64,000 nucleotides of DNA from a virus (IMGVR_UViG_3300044212_000014:10272-74271); one strand, 5' to 3'; shown: positions 46,396 to 55,323, counted from the first letter of the stretch. The notes: generated from the sequence alone by a model not told the origin. A program made the numbers and translations.

Positions 46396-47832
46396 ATGGA
46401 TAATAAAGTAGTAATGGCGAAGCTGTTTAGTGACGCTAAGAAAGACTTATTGTTATTCAGAAAGGTTTTCCTTCCAGTCCCCGGAAAAGAATTACCAACG
46501 CCGGAATACCAGAAAGAATGGGGCAATGTATTAATACGAGGAGAGCATCATTACGCGGTCGAGGGCTATCGTGAGTCTGGCAAGTCCAGTTTAGTACTCA
46601 GGGCCTTTCCACTACACTGTTTAACATACCCATCCAAGAAGAACCAATACATTGTATTCATTATGGCAAACCAATCCAGCGCCAGTAAGAGGCTAAAGGA
46701 AATCGAGACAGAATGGTTACATGACGAATTACTTTCGATGAATTTAGTTAGGGTAGTAGAGCAATCCGCTACTGGTTTCGAAGTTATTGTAAAAGATGAT
46801 AATGGAGAAGAAATGTGGGTACGGCTAGAGGCCTATGGTAAGGGTTCCGCAGTCCGTGGATTATTGGTACATGATTGTCGTCCCTCGCTCGTTCTGATTG
46901 ATGACCCGCAAGATACGGACGATAGCAAGTCTGACACGGTACAAGAAAACGACTGGGAATGGTTCTTATCTGACATCCTGTTTCTAGGGAAAGAAACCCG
47001 TATATTTCTAATTGGGAATAACTTAGGTGAGAAATGCCTAATAGAACGGATTATTGAGAACCAGAAAGACCTTGGGTTTGTAGGGGTACGTATTCCCATA
47101 CTTGATATGGAGGGTAATAGTGTATGGCCTGAACGGTGGAGTACTGAGGATGTCATAGCAGAACGAGAAAGTATGAGGCGTATTGGGAAGTTAGATGTAT
47201 GGGAACGGGAGAAAATGTGCCTAGCTATTTCCCCAGAAAGCCAATTATTCCGTAAAGAGTACTTCCGTTACTACGAACCGCAGAATCTTCATATCCGAGA
47301 CTTAAATGTATTCACTACGGTCGATTTAGCCATCTCTAAAAAAGAAACAGCCGACTATACAGTAGTATGTACAATCGGCGTAAATGCGGATAATCAATGG
47401 TTCCTGTTAGATGTCCAATTCGGAAGATGGGATCCCTCGGAAAGTATGGATCATATATTCGAAGCGGTAACACGGTATAAGCCCTTATACGTAGGGATAG
47501 AAAAGGTAGCATACCAAGCGGCGTTATCTCACTTTATTGAAAAGGAAATGCCTAAGCGTAATATATTCTTTACGACAAAGGACTTGGAAGCGAAAGAGAA
47601 GAAAGAAGAACGTATTAAAGCAATACAACCTAGGTTCAAAGCTGGTACTGTTATGTTTGCTAAAGGAGCTAGTTACCTAGGAGAATTGGAAAGTGAACTG
47701 TTAGCTTTCCCGAAGTCTCTACATGATGATTTGATTGATGCACTGGCATATCAAGATCAGATTTACTTCGCTCCCGTAAGCTCATTTGAAAAAGTGGAAG
47801 GGGAACAAATACCCCTAGCAGGAGCTATGTAA
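46396..47832 (+). CDS. terL: Terminase large subunit
   Basis: GYRESGKS Walker A, LIDDPQD Walker B, TVDLA, GIEKVAYQ, HDDLIDALAY. Confidence 0.92.
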   Translation: MDNKVVMAKLFSDAKKDLLLFRKVFLPVPGKELPTPEYQKEWGNVLIRGEHHYAVEGYRESGKSSLVLRAFPLHCLTYPSKKNQYIVFIMANQSSASKRLKEIETEWLHDELLSMNLVRVVEQSATGFEVIVKDDNGEEMWVRLEAYGKGSAVRGLLVHDCRPSLVLIDDPQDTDDSKSDTVQENDWEWFLSDILFLGKETRIFLIGNNLGEKCLIERIIENQKDLGFVGVRIPILDMEGNSVWPERWSTEDVIAERESMRRIGKLDVWEREKMCLAISPESQLFRKEYFRYYEPQNLHIRDLNVFTTVDLAISKKETADYTVVCTIGVNADNQWFLLDVQFGRWDPSESMDHIFEAVTRYKPLYVGIEKVAYQAALSHFIEKEMPKRNIFFTTKDLEAKEKKEERIKAIQPRFKAGTVMFAKGASYLGELESELLAFPKSLHDDLIDALAYQDQIYFAPVSSFEKVEGEQIPLAGAM

Positions 47833-47838
47833 CGGGGC

Positions 47839-47867
47839 TTGACAAAACCTGATTTATATGATATAAT
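47839..47867 (+). promoter_or_regulatory. Sigma70-type promoter for tRNA operon
   Basis: TTGACA-17-TATAAT with TG. Confidence 0.85.
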
Positions 47868-48017
47868 ATAACTAACCTCAAGAGAGAGGAGTTGATTAGT
47901 ATTAACGGTACTACATCTAACATAATCTGAGAGGGGGTGGTCAAAGAATCATGTCCGAACTTTGTAGCCTGTCAGAATGGGTGAGTTTGGTAGGACATTC
48001 CTTTTAAGGAGGACGAC

Positions 48018-48194
48018 ATGGATAAATTTATAGAATGTTGCAAGGGATTGTTTGTTGTTTTACTTGCTGTATTGGTAACAGAGGGCATTGGTGTAGCGGC
48101 GTATAACGCATTTGATATGACTGGTTTTATCTTATCTGGCGTTATTGTAACGGCATTCATTGGTTATATAGCCTCTGATATCACTATCGGCTAA
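48018..48194 (+). CDS. Two-TM membrane peptide (58 aa) at head of tRNA operon
   Basis: AAGGAGG RBS; MDKFIECCKGLFVVLLAVLVTEGIGV...; below ORF-track cutoff. Confidence 0.6.
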   Translation: MDKFIECCKGLFVVLLAVLVTEGIGVAAYNAFDMTGFILSGVIVTAFIGYIASDITIG

Positions 48195-48197
48195 TAT

Positions 48198-48271
48198 TGC
48201 GGGGTATTTTAATGGCAGAATACTAGGCTCATTCCCTAGTGACGAGTGTTCGACTCGCTCTCCCGCAACCA
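48198..48271 (+). tRNA. trnM: tRNA-Met(CAT), initiator-like
   Basis: TGCGGGG/TCCCGCA-A-CCA acceptor like fMet; CTAGG-ctCATtc-CCTAG. Confidence 0.85.
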
Positions 48272-48272
48272 T

Positions 48273-48347
48273 GCTTGTGTGGCGCAATGCTAGCGCAACT
48301 GACTTGTAATCAGTAGGTTGAAAGTTGGAATCTTTCCACAAGCTCCA
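48273..48347 (+). tRNA. trnT: tRNA-Thr(TGT)
   Basis: ACTGA-ctTGTaa-TCAGT; atypical T-loop TTGGAAT and D-loop lacking GG. Confidence 0.8.
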
Positions 48348-48350
48348 TAC

Positions 48351-48425
48351 ACCTTGGTAGTTCAATGGTAGAGCGCCTGACTGTTAATCAGGAAGTTGTA
48401 GGTTCGAATCCTACCCTTGGTGCCA
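48351..48425 (+). tRNA. trnN: tRNA-Asn(GTT)
   Basis: CCTGA-ctGTTaa-TCAGG; two U-U mismatches in acceptor stem. Confidence 0.85.
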
Positions 48426-48428
48426 CAT

Positions 48429-48502
48429 AGGGGAGTCGTTCAATGGCAGGACATGAGACTTTGACTCTCAGAATCTTAGTTCAATTCTAAGTTCCCCTTC
48501 CA
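48429..48502 (+). tRNA. trnQ: tRNA-Gln(TTG)
   Basis: TGAGA-ctTTGac-TCTCA; encoded CCA. Confidence 0.88.
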
Positions 48503-48745
48503 AAATGGAGGAATAAAAGTCGGCATTCCTCAGCTATAATGAGTGATGTAGCACGGTTATGGTACTGCACTACAGATGGCTAAACCTACAGTGATGTCAT
48601 CATGGGCGCCGCCCCTAATAGTCGAGGGATAAAAGCAGACTAACGATACGTACATCGGGACTTATATTGTATGTCTGATCTATAGACGGACTTGATGTGG
48701 TCTTGATTTCCTTTTGGAGGGTTAGCGGGTTAAATGCCTCCCCCA
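48503..48745 (+). ncRNA. Candidate structured RNA within tRNA array, ending in a CCA microhelix
   Basis: 243-nt insert among tRNAs otherwise 1-4 nt apart; several hairpins; GGAGG/CCTCC-C-CCA end. Confidence 0.45.
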
Positions 48746-48746
48746 T

Positions 48747-48833
48747 GGATGATTGGCAGAATGGCTATTGCAACTGTCTTGAAAACAGTCAAACCGAAAG
48801 GTTTTGTGGGTTCGAATCCTACATCATCCTCCA
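48747..48833 (+). tRNA. trnS: tRNA-Ser(TGA)
   Basis: ACTGT-ctTGAaa-ACAGT; long variable arm. Confidence 0.9.
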
Positions 48834-48837
48834 ACAT

Positions 48838-48923
48838 GTTAGGGTGGGCGAGTGATTAATGCCAGCAGTCTGTAAAACTGCCCTCTTCGGAGTTCGTAAG
48901 TTTGAATCTTACCCCTAGCACCA
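48838..48923 (+). tRNA. trnY: tRNA-Tyr(GTA)
   Basis: GCAGT-ctGTAaa-ACTGC; long variable arm; T-loop TTTGAAT. Confidence 0.88.
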
Positions 48924-48926
48924 CAT

Positions 48927-49003
48927 ACTAGACTGGTGCAACTGGCAGACACAATGGTCTTAGAAGCCATAAAGTAAGGGTTCGAATCCCTTGTCTAGTA
49001 CCA
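48927..49003 (+). tRNA. trnL: tRNA-Leu(TAG), short variable loop
   Basis: ATGGT-ctTAGaa-GCCAT, 5-nt variable loop AAAGT. Confidence 0.9.
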
Positions 49004-49018
49004 CATATTTGATTTAAG

Positions 49019-49043
49019 AGTCGCTCTACGGAGCGACTTTTTT
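49019..49043 (+). terminator. Rho-independent terminator after tRNA cluster
   Basis: AGTCGCTC-tacg-GAGCGACT then T run. Confidence 0.9.
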
Positions 49044-49072
49044 ATATGCAAAAAAAGGATGGAGTTGTTATT

Positions 49073-49348
49073 ATGAAGTGTCATGAAGACCCAGACTTTT
49101 CAGATCACAAGTTATATGGCCCGTTTTTAGACGTTGGCTTTAATTTTATTGTAAATGTAGATCGGGTTACAAGTATAATACCGATGCTCGGATTAAAAGC
49201 AAAGCGTCTATACCTAGAAAAAAGAGACGCTGGCCTCATTATTGATGCTACGCGGGGACGTAAAAAGCAATGCCTTATCGTACTGGATACAGGCGAGGTA
49301 GTAGCATGTGCGTTTAGACCGAAAACAATTATTGACAGACAGTTCTAA
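49073..49348 (+). CDS. remA: RemA / DUF370 family DNA-binding regulator
   Basis: VGFNFIV..DRV.SI....KR....RDAGLIIDATRGRK...IVLDTG.V....PKTI aligns by eye with B. subtilis RemA. Confidence 0.8.
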   Translation: MKCHEDPDFSDHKLYGPFLDVGFNFIVNVDRVTSIIPMLGLKAKRLYLEKRDAGLIIDATRGRKKQCLIVLDTGEVVACAFRPKTIIDRQF

Positions 49349-49360
49349 GGAGGTGTAACG

Positions 49361-51523
49361 TTGAGTTTTATCCAAAATAACAGTAATCCTTCGCTCGACC
49401 AAATAGACACGAGCCTTGTTACTGCGGTACAAAGAGACATACAAGACGCAGAGGATTACCAAACTGCGGTAATTCTTCCTACCGTGAAAGAACGGTATGA
49501 GATATACTATGCGGATAAAGACTATTACGCTAGGAAATTCCCTAAACTGTCTAAAGTATCCTCTTTGGTATCCACTGACGTAACAGATACAATCGAATGG
49601 GCGTTACCATCTCTTACTAAGGTATTTACGCAAGGTGACGAGATTGTTACGGTACAAGGCGTAACAGAAGAAGATGACCGTAACGCTGATGTCATGCAGG
49701 AATTGCTGAAATACCAGCTACAGCGCCAGAATAGGTTCTTCCCAATCCTATATAACTGGATGAAAGATGCTTTGATTACTGGTATGGGCATTATAAAATG
49801 CTACTGGGAACGTAAAGAAGACACACAGTTGATGGAACAGTCCATGAACTTACGCGCTTTCCAGCAGTTATCTCAGTCTGGGGTACAAATCCAGTCCGTT
49901 GATGGCCCTGACCAGTTCGGTATATTCAGAGTACAGTATTATTCCCCATATTACGTAAAAAACGCTCCAATGATAGAGAATATACTGGTATCGGAGTTGC
50001 TTTATTCATCAGATGCCAAGACTCTCGATGAAGCTAATTTCGTAGCTCACAAGAAGAAAGTTACTATGAGTTACCTTCGCGAACGAGAACAGCAGGGAAT
50101 TTACGCCAATATAGACCAAATAACTCCCAAGCCCATTAATTCATTCGTATATGACGACGAAGTTGAAATGGTTATTGGTGATAACTACCAAGGCATGAGC
50201 CGTGAGGCTGATGACGCGAGAGCAGAGGTAGTAATTTACGAATGCTATACAAAGCTCGACTGGAATAACGATGGTGTACTGGAAGACCTGATTGTAACGA
50301 TTTGTGATGACGTTATCCTTCGGGTAGAGCCGAATTACATGGGTAGACATCCATTCTTCTCTATCTCACCAACGAAAGACCCTCACCGCATCTGGGTTAA
50401 GCGTTCTTACGCCGAACTAATTGGGGAGCTACAGGACTTAAAAGTAGCCCTGACTCGTCAGATTGTGCAGAATATATCGCTTACAAACGACCCTAAAATG
50501 ATATTATCGGAAGATTCTATCAATATTAAGGATTATGTAGACGGTAGGGCAGTTATTCGGAAGAAAGCAAACCAGCCAATGAATGACGTGGCTATGGCTA
50601 TGCCAGTAAACCAATTAAGCCCGTATACATATCAATTCCTTGAATATATCGAAGGCCAGAAGGAAAATCGTACTGGTATTACTCGGTATAACCAAGGTTT
50701 AGACGCGAATACCTTGAATAAAACCGCTACGGGCATCTCCGCTATCTTAGGACAAAGCTCACAACGGTTAGAGTTAATAGCGAGAATGTTTGCTGAAACT
50801 GGATTCTACGAACTATTCCGCTTTTTGATTGGTTTAAATCAGCGGTTTATGGATCAGGGAACAGTAATTCGGCTAACAAATAAAGAATTAAAGATAAGTC
50901 CTGATGATTTACAGGGTAACTTTGATTTGATTGTAAATTCTGGTATCTCAATGGCTAGCAAACAGGAAACACAGCTTACACTACAGACAATGATGACTGC
51001 GCTAATGCAGGCAAGAGCATCTGGGCTTCCTATTTGTACGCCAGAAAACATATACAACTTGTTTAAGAAATGGATTGAATCTGCTGGCCTTAGAAATTAT
51101 GCGGACTATATCACGGAACCTGCCCTAGTAGGACAGAGGATGATGATAGAAGAACAGTTAAAGATGCAGGTATTGGCATCACTACCGCCTCAAGCAACGC
51201 AAATGTATATGGAAACTGGAGTGTTACCACCGCAGGTATTACTACAGTTGCCGCCTGAATTACAAGCGCTGTTCGGTAGCGGTTATCCGACAGACGGAGG
51301 AATGAATAGTGGACAAAACGGAGCTGGAATACAAAACGGAGTTGGAGTCCCAACAACGCCTAATGCAGGCAATGGAGCTGTCCGACAAAGCAGAAATAAC
51401 GCTGGAAGTGGCGGACAAATGGTTGGAGGACTATCAAGGGTGGATAACAAACAGCCTCAAAACGTGCCAAGACAATCAGGTAATGGGCCTTCGCAACCTT
51501 CTAGTGGTGTCGGAGGCTTTTAA
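49361..51523 (+). CDS. Portal protein
   Basis: 720 aa after TerL; DTIEWALPSL, ALITGMGIIKCYW, TGITRYNQG, KTATGI; low-complexity tail. Confidence 0.88.
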   Translation: MSFIQNNSNPSLDQIDTSLVTAVQRDIQDAEDYQTAVILPTVKERYEIYYADKDYYARKFPKLSKVSSLVSTDVTDTIEWALPSLTKVFTQGDEIVTVQGVTEEDDRNADVMQELLKYQLQRQNRFFPILYNWMKDALITGMGIIKCYWERKEDTQLMEQSMNLRAFQQLSQSGVQIQSVDGPDQFGIFRVQYYSPYYVKNAPMIENILVSELLYSSDAKTLDEANFVAHKKKVTMSYLREREQQGIYANIDQITPKPINSFVYDDEVEMVIGDNYQGMSREADDARAEVVIYECYTKLDWNNDGVLEDLIVTICDDVILRVEPNYMGRHPFFSISPTKDPHRIWVKRSYAELIGELQDLKVALTRQIVQNISLTNDPKMILSEDSINIKDYVDGRAVIRKKANQPMNDVAMAMPVNQLSPYTYQFLEYIEGQKENRTGITRYNQGLDANTLNKTATGISAILGQSSQRLELIARMFAETGFYELFRFLIGLNQRFMDQGTVIRLTNKELKISPDDLQGNFDLIVNSGISMASKQETQLTLQTMMTALMQARASGLPICTPENIYNLFKKWIESAGLRNYADYITEPALVGQRMMIEEQLKMQVLASLPPQATQMYMETGVLPPQVLLQLPPELQALFGSGYPTDGGMNSGQNGAGIQNGVGVPTTPNAGNGAVRQSRNNAGSGGQMVGGLSRVDNKQPQNVPRQSGNGPSQPSSGVGGF

Positions 51524-51638
51524 AACTTGGCTGAAAGTAAAGATAGATGCAGGAGCTATGGCGGCAAGTGATTTGCAAGAACTACGTGAGGCCGCTAAAG
51601 AGCCTAAAGTAACTGACGATTGGTACAAAAACCTATAA
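51309..51638 (+). CDS. Small helical protein overlapping the portal 3' end
   Basis: GGAGG upstream of GTG; 215-nt overlap in another frame. Confidence 0.6.
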   Translation: MDKTELEYKTELESQQRLMQAMELSDKAEITLEVADKWLEDYQGWITNSLKTCQDNQVMGLRNLLVVSEAFKTWLKVKIDAGAMAASDLQELREAAKEPKVTDDWYKNL

Positions 51639-51647
51639 GGAGGTATA

Positions 51648-52652
51648 ATGGCAAGACCAACACAGATTTCGTTTAAAGGCAGTCCAGCCGACCAACAGGC
51701 TATGGCATTACAGGCGGCACTTAACGCCCCTGCGAATGCTACCCCAGCCAAGCAAGTCACAAGCGGCGAAGAACAAAAAAATAACGTCGTTTCTGCGCCA
51801 ATATCACAAGCGGTACAGAATTATGTGACGGGAGATTTAATCAATCGACTGGCTGGTACAAATTTGCAACAATATCTTCCGTCAAGTACGGGAGTGAATG
51901 ACCCATCTACATTTAGTACACAGGGCCAGTTTGGGAGTTCTTGGAGTCCTACGGTATATAATCAAGACGCACTTAATACATACGACCAAGGACTACAGCA
52001 AGCACAGGATTGGGACGCTAAAAGCTCACTAAGTCCCGGATTTAAACAGAGAGTATATCAGACGTTGAACGGCCCGCGCCCTGCGGCACAGTTAACCCAA
52101 TATGTACCGAATGCGGCTCAACAGGCATCTACAACGCCTCTGAACGATGGTTCCTCTACGATGAACCCATCAGACCCATCCCAAGCACAACAATGGAATG
52201 TGCAAAAGATACAGGCAGACCATCCTGACTGGGACGCAAATACGATTCAAAACTTTATGGGACAACAGTATAACTGGAAAGCCTATAACGCCCTTGTAAA
52301 TGCTGGTTATATTCAGCCTACGCAGGAATCACAAAATTGGACTGCGTATCAGCAACAACAGGCTAGACAAGCGGCTATTGCCGCACAACAAGCGCAATAT
52401 GGTTCATTACCTCAGTATTACCAACCTGACACATCTGGTTATGTAGAAGATACTGGTGGATACGTAGATAATAGCCAGCCTGCGCAAGAAGAAACACTAG
52501 CCCCGTCGCCAGTACCACAGAAAGATGACTCTGGGTATACAATATCAGCTCCTAGCGGAGTATATGAAACACCAGATACATCTTATTATAGCTCGGTAGG
52601 GGACGCAGTAAGAGATAAAAACAACTATTGGAAGAGTCTATTTGGACTCTAA
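51648..52652 (+). CDS. Gln/Ser/Thr-rich hypothetical virion protein
   Basis: GGAGGT RBS; between portal and scaffold. Confidence 0.6.
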   Translation: MARPTQISFKGSPADQQAMALQAALNAPANATPAKQVTSGEEQKNNVVSAPISQAVQNYVTGDLINRLAGTNLQQYLPSSTGVNDPSTFSTQGQFGSSWSPTVYNQDALNTYDQGLQQAQDWDAKSSLSPGFKQRVYQTLNGPRPAAQLTQYVPNAAQQASTTPLNDGSSTMNPSDPSQAQQWNVQKIQADHPDWDANTIQNFMGQQYNWKAYNALVNAGYIQPTQESQNWTAYQQQQARQAAIAAQQAQYGSLPQYYQPDTSGYVEDTGGYVDNSQPAQEETLAPSPVPQKDDSGYTISAPSGVYETPDTSYYSSVGDAVRDKNNYWKSLFGL

Positions 52653-52689
52653 TTTTACCAACCCATTGAGGGAGTAAAAGGAGATTAAC

Positions 52690-53757
52690 ATGGATAAAGA
52701 ACTCAGCTTTGACATTCAGTTATTCGCGGAAGAACCCGTGGTAACAGAACCTACATCGGGACAACCTGCAACGGAACCCGTTGTAAATACACCTAACGTA
52801 CCTGCCGAAGCGGTAGTACCCGCGGCAGGGGGTCAGGAGACAGAAGACTTTGATTGGCAGATTGACCCAGCTACAGGGAAAGTAGTCTTTGACGAACATG
52901 CGTTCGACGATAAACCGCAGGAATCAGAGGTAAGCCCAGCGCAACCGCCTGCCGAAGAAAAACCAGCAGAAGAACCGCCCGAACAAAAGTACACCGTCAA
53001 AGTAAATGGGGTCGAACAGGAAGTAACGTTAAACGAACTCTTAAACGGGTATATGATGCACAGCGATTATTCTCGCAAGACTAAAGAACTTGCCGAGCAA
53101 CGCCGTCAGTTTCAGGAACAGGCACAGCAAGCGGCACCCCAGCAACCGCAGGGACAAGCCCAACAGCAGGAACCGCCTAAAGTAGACCCGAAAGAGTACT
53201 ATAAACAACTCTCTGATTATGCTGTCAAACAAGTCGAAGGGAAGTTGGGGGAACAGTTTGATGAATACAATGCAATCCACCAGACAGCTTTAGCTGATGA
53301 AATCTCGACAATTAAAGCTCAGGTTTATGAACGCAATGTAAATCAGCAACGCATTGCCTCTGTTTATCAGCGATATGCGCAAGACCCTAATTTTAGAGAA
53401 ATTGATAACTATGCCGCACAGCGGTTGCAAGAATTGCCCTACAAACAAGCCGTTATTATCCAGAATGCGTTACGTAGTAATAACGCAGAGGTAATTGACG
53501 GTTATATGGGAGCTGTTCGAGACGAATGGTATCAAAAACGCGGGTATGTCCCAGCAGGCTCACAGCCAGCTCAGATAGCTCCCACGGTACCTACTCCGGT
53601 AGCAACGCCTAAAACGTCTCCGAAACCCCCATTCGCAGAACCTACTGGCGCACAGCAACAGCCCAAACCAGTAGAACAAACGATTGATTATAAAAAACTT
53701 GGAAAATTAACGCTTGAACAACAAGCTCTTATGGCTCAGAAATTAGGACTGGGCTAA
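52690..53757 (+). CDS. Capsid scaffolding protein
   Basis: Acidic Pro-rich N-half, YTVKVNGVEQEVTLNELLNGY...DYSRKTKELAE; FDIQLFAE leader. Confidence 0.85.
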   Translation: MDKELSFDIQLFAEEPVVTEPTSGQPATEPVVNTPNVPAEAVVPAAGGQETEDFDWQIDPATGKVVFDEHAFDDKPQESEVSPAQPPAEEKPAEEPPEQKYTVKVNGVEQEVTLNELLNGYMMHSDYSRKTKELAEQRRQFQEQAQQAAPQQPQGQAQQQEPPKVDPKEYYKQLSDYAVKQVEGKLGEQFDEYNAIHQTALADEISTIKAQVYERNVNQQRIASVYQRYAQDPNFREIDNYAAQRLQELPYKQAVIIQNALRSNNAEVIDGYMGAVRDEWYQKRGYVPAGSQPAQIAPTVPTPVATPKTSPKPPFAEPTGAQQQPKPVEQTIDYKKLGKLTLEQQALMAQKLGLG

Positions 53758-53775
53758 ACACAGGAGGAATAAAAA

Positions 53776-54951
53776 TTGGCTATTATTGACAGCGCAGTAC
53801 GGTCTGGTACTATCGTAGGTAAAATGGAGGACGTTACTGATTTCATCACCGCCCTTGACCCAGATCAAACGTACTATACAGGTAAATTCGGTCGTACATC
53901 TGTTACTTCAACAAAGCATGAATGGTTGAACGATAATCTACGTCCGGCTCGTAAAAACGTAACTCTTGAAGCTACTGACTTCAACGTTCAGGATGCGCGT
54001 CCGCGGACTCGTTCTGCTAACTATTGCCAGCAGTTCATGAATGGTTACTCTGTAACTGATACGACTCAGGCAATTAAGAAATACGGTGTGCGGGATGAAC
54101 TTTCCTACCAGTTCACAAAATGCGGGAAAGAAACGGCTCGCGATCTTGAACGTGCCATTGTACAGCAAACACTAGCGAAAGCAGAAGATACAACTGGAGC
54201 AGAATTTGGTGGTGTCCCTTACTTCCTTGACACTGTAACGGCTATCACTTCTATCAGCACTGCTGGCGTATTCACCGTAACAGGTCACGGATTGTTTAAT
54301 GGCGACCCCATTATCTTCTCTATTCCCGCGGGTGGCGCATTAGATAGTTCATACAAAGCGAACTCCGTATACTTCGTACATGTTGTAAACGCGAACTCAT
54401 TTACTGTTCATGCAACTGCGACAGAAACAATGGAAGATAACACAGATACAACTGCCATCAAACCGTCTGCCGCTGTTGGTGCCAGCAAAATGCAGTTTAC
54501 AAACAACAACATCGTAGATGCCGCTACGTCTTCTTCTACGACTGGCGCGAAACTGACGTTCGACCTTATGAACGACGCTATGCAGATTGTTTGGAATCGC
54601 GGAGGTTCTCCTGATACCATCGTTTGCTCAGGCAGAAACAAACGGACTATCTCTGGGATGACTCAGGGTGTCCAGAAAACACGTCCGATGGGCGAAAAGG
54701 ACTTAGTAGAAGTGGTGGATATTATCGAAACAGACTTCGGTCGTGTTGACGTAAATGCTCATCGCCTATACGAAGATGATGTCGTCGACTTTATCGAGTT
54801 CCAATACTGGAAACTGGCGTACCTTATTCCGTTCCACACGGAAGAACCGCCTCGTAATGGGACTTACAAAACGAAGAACATCACAGGTTCGGTTACATTA
54901 GAATGTACTGCTCCTATTTCTTCGGGACGTATCAAAAATATAGTAGCGTAA
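53776..54951 (+). CDS. Major capsid protein (SU10/DUF5309-like) with inserted domain
   Basis: Follows scaffold, GGAGG RBS, TTG start; FGRVDVNAHRLY, YWKLAYL, LECTAP; followed by terminator. Confidence 0.85.
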   Translation: MAIIDSAVRSGTIVGKMEDVTDFITALDPDQTYYTGKFGRTSVTSTKHEWLNDNLRPARKNVTLEATDFNVQDARPRTRSANYCQQFMNGYSVTDTTQAIKKYGVRDELSYQFTKCGKETARDLERAIVQQTLAKAEDTTGAEFGGVPYFLDTVTAITSISTAGVFTVTGHGLFNGDPIIFSIPAGGALDSSYKANSVYFVHVVNANSFTVHATATETMEDNTDTTAIKPSAAVGASKMQFTNNNIVDAATSSSTTGAKLTFDLMNDAMQIVWNRGGSPDTIVCSGRNKRTISGMTQGVQKTRPMGEKDLVEVVDIIETDFGRVDVNAHRLYEDDVVDFIEFQYWKLAYLIPFHTEEPPRNGTYKTKNITGSVTLECTAPISSGRIKNIVA

Positions 54952-54955
54952 TCTT

Positions 54956-54988
54956 AGGGGCTGTGTTTATCACGGCCCCTTTATTTTT
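54956..54988 (+). terminator. Rho-independent terminator after capsid gene
   Basis: AGGGGCTGTG/CACGGCCCCT stem then TTATTTTTG. Confidence 0.85.
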
Positions 54989-55005
54989 GTTTTTGGAGGA
55001 ATATT

Positions 55006-55323
55006 ATGAGTATATTACATACAGACGTAGAAGTTGACCCTAAAACACATGAGTTTAGGATAAAGCATACGTGGGATGAATATGCCTGCTTAAAAGCCTG
55101 CTATGAAGAACGTATGAGTGGCAATCAGGGCTGGCTACATAATGGAAAGGCTAAAAAGCTAGCCATGATACCGAGGGAACTATTCTCTACCGATATCGAA
55201 TTAAAGAGGTATATGCAACTGCGTGGTGTAGATAATGTAGAGGCTAAGAAAATAATGGATAGATGGCTGATGAAACATCCAGAATACCGTACTAGCTCGA
55301 TAGGGGGCCGGAAGGAGGTATAA
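55006..55323 (+). CDS. Hypothetical virion-associated protein
   Basis: GGAGG RBS. Confidence 0.6.
   Translation: MSILHTDVEVDPKTHEFRIKHTWDEYACLKACYEERMSGNQGWLHNGKAKKLAMIPRELFSTDIELKRYMQLRGVDNVEAKKIMDRWLMKHPEYRTSSIGGRKEV

Noticed and set aside
48503-48745. Theta/HDV-like, twister or pistol ribozyme beside the tRNAs
   Set aside because: I could not build the required nested pseudoknot or conserved cores at any tRNA 3' end. A covariance-model search would be needed to exclude it fully.
48747-48833. Suppressor tRNA or stop-codon recoding
   Set aside because: Anticodon TGA reads UCA (Ser). Known genes are intact under code 11 and end in TAA, TAG and TGA.
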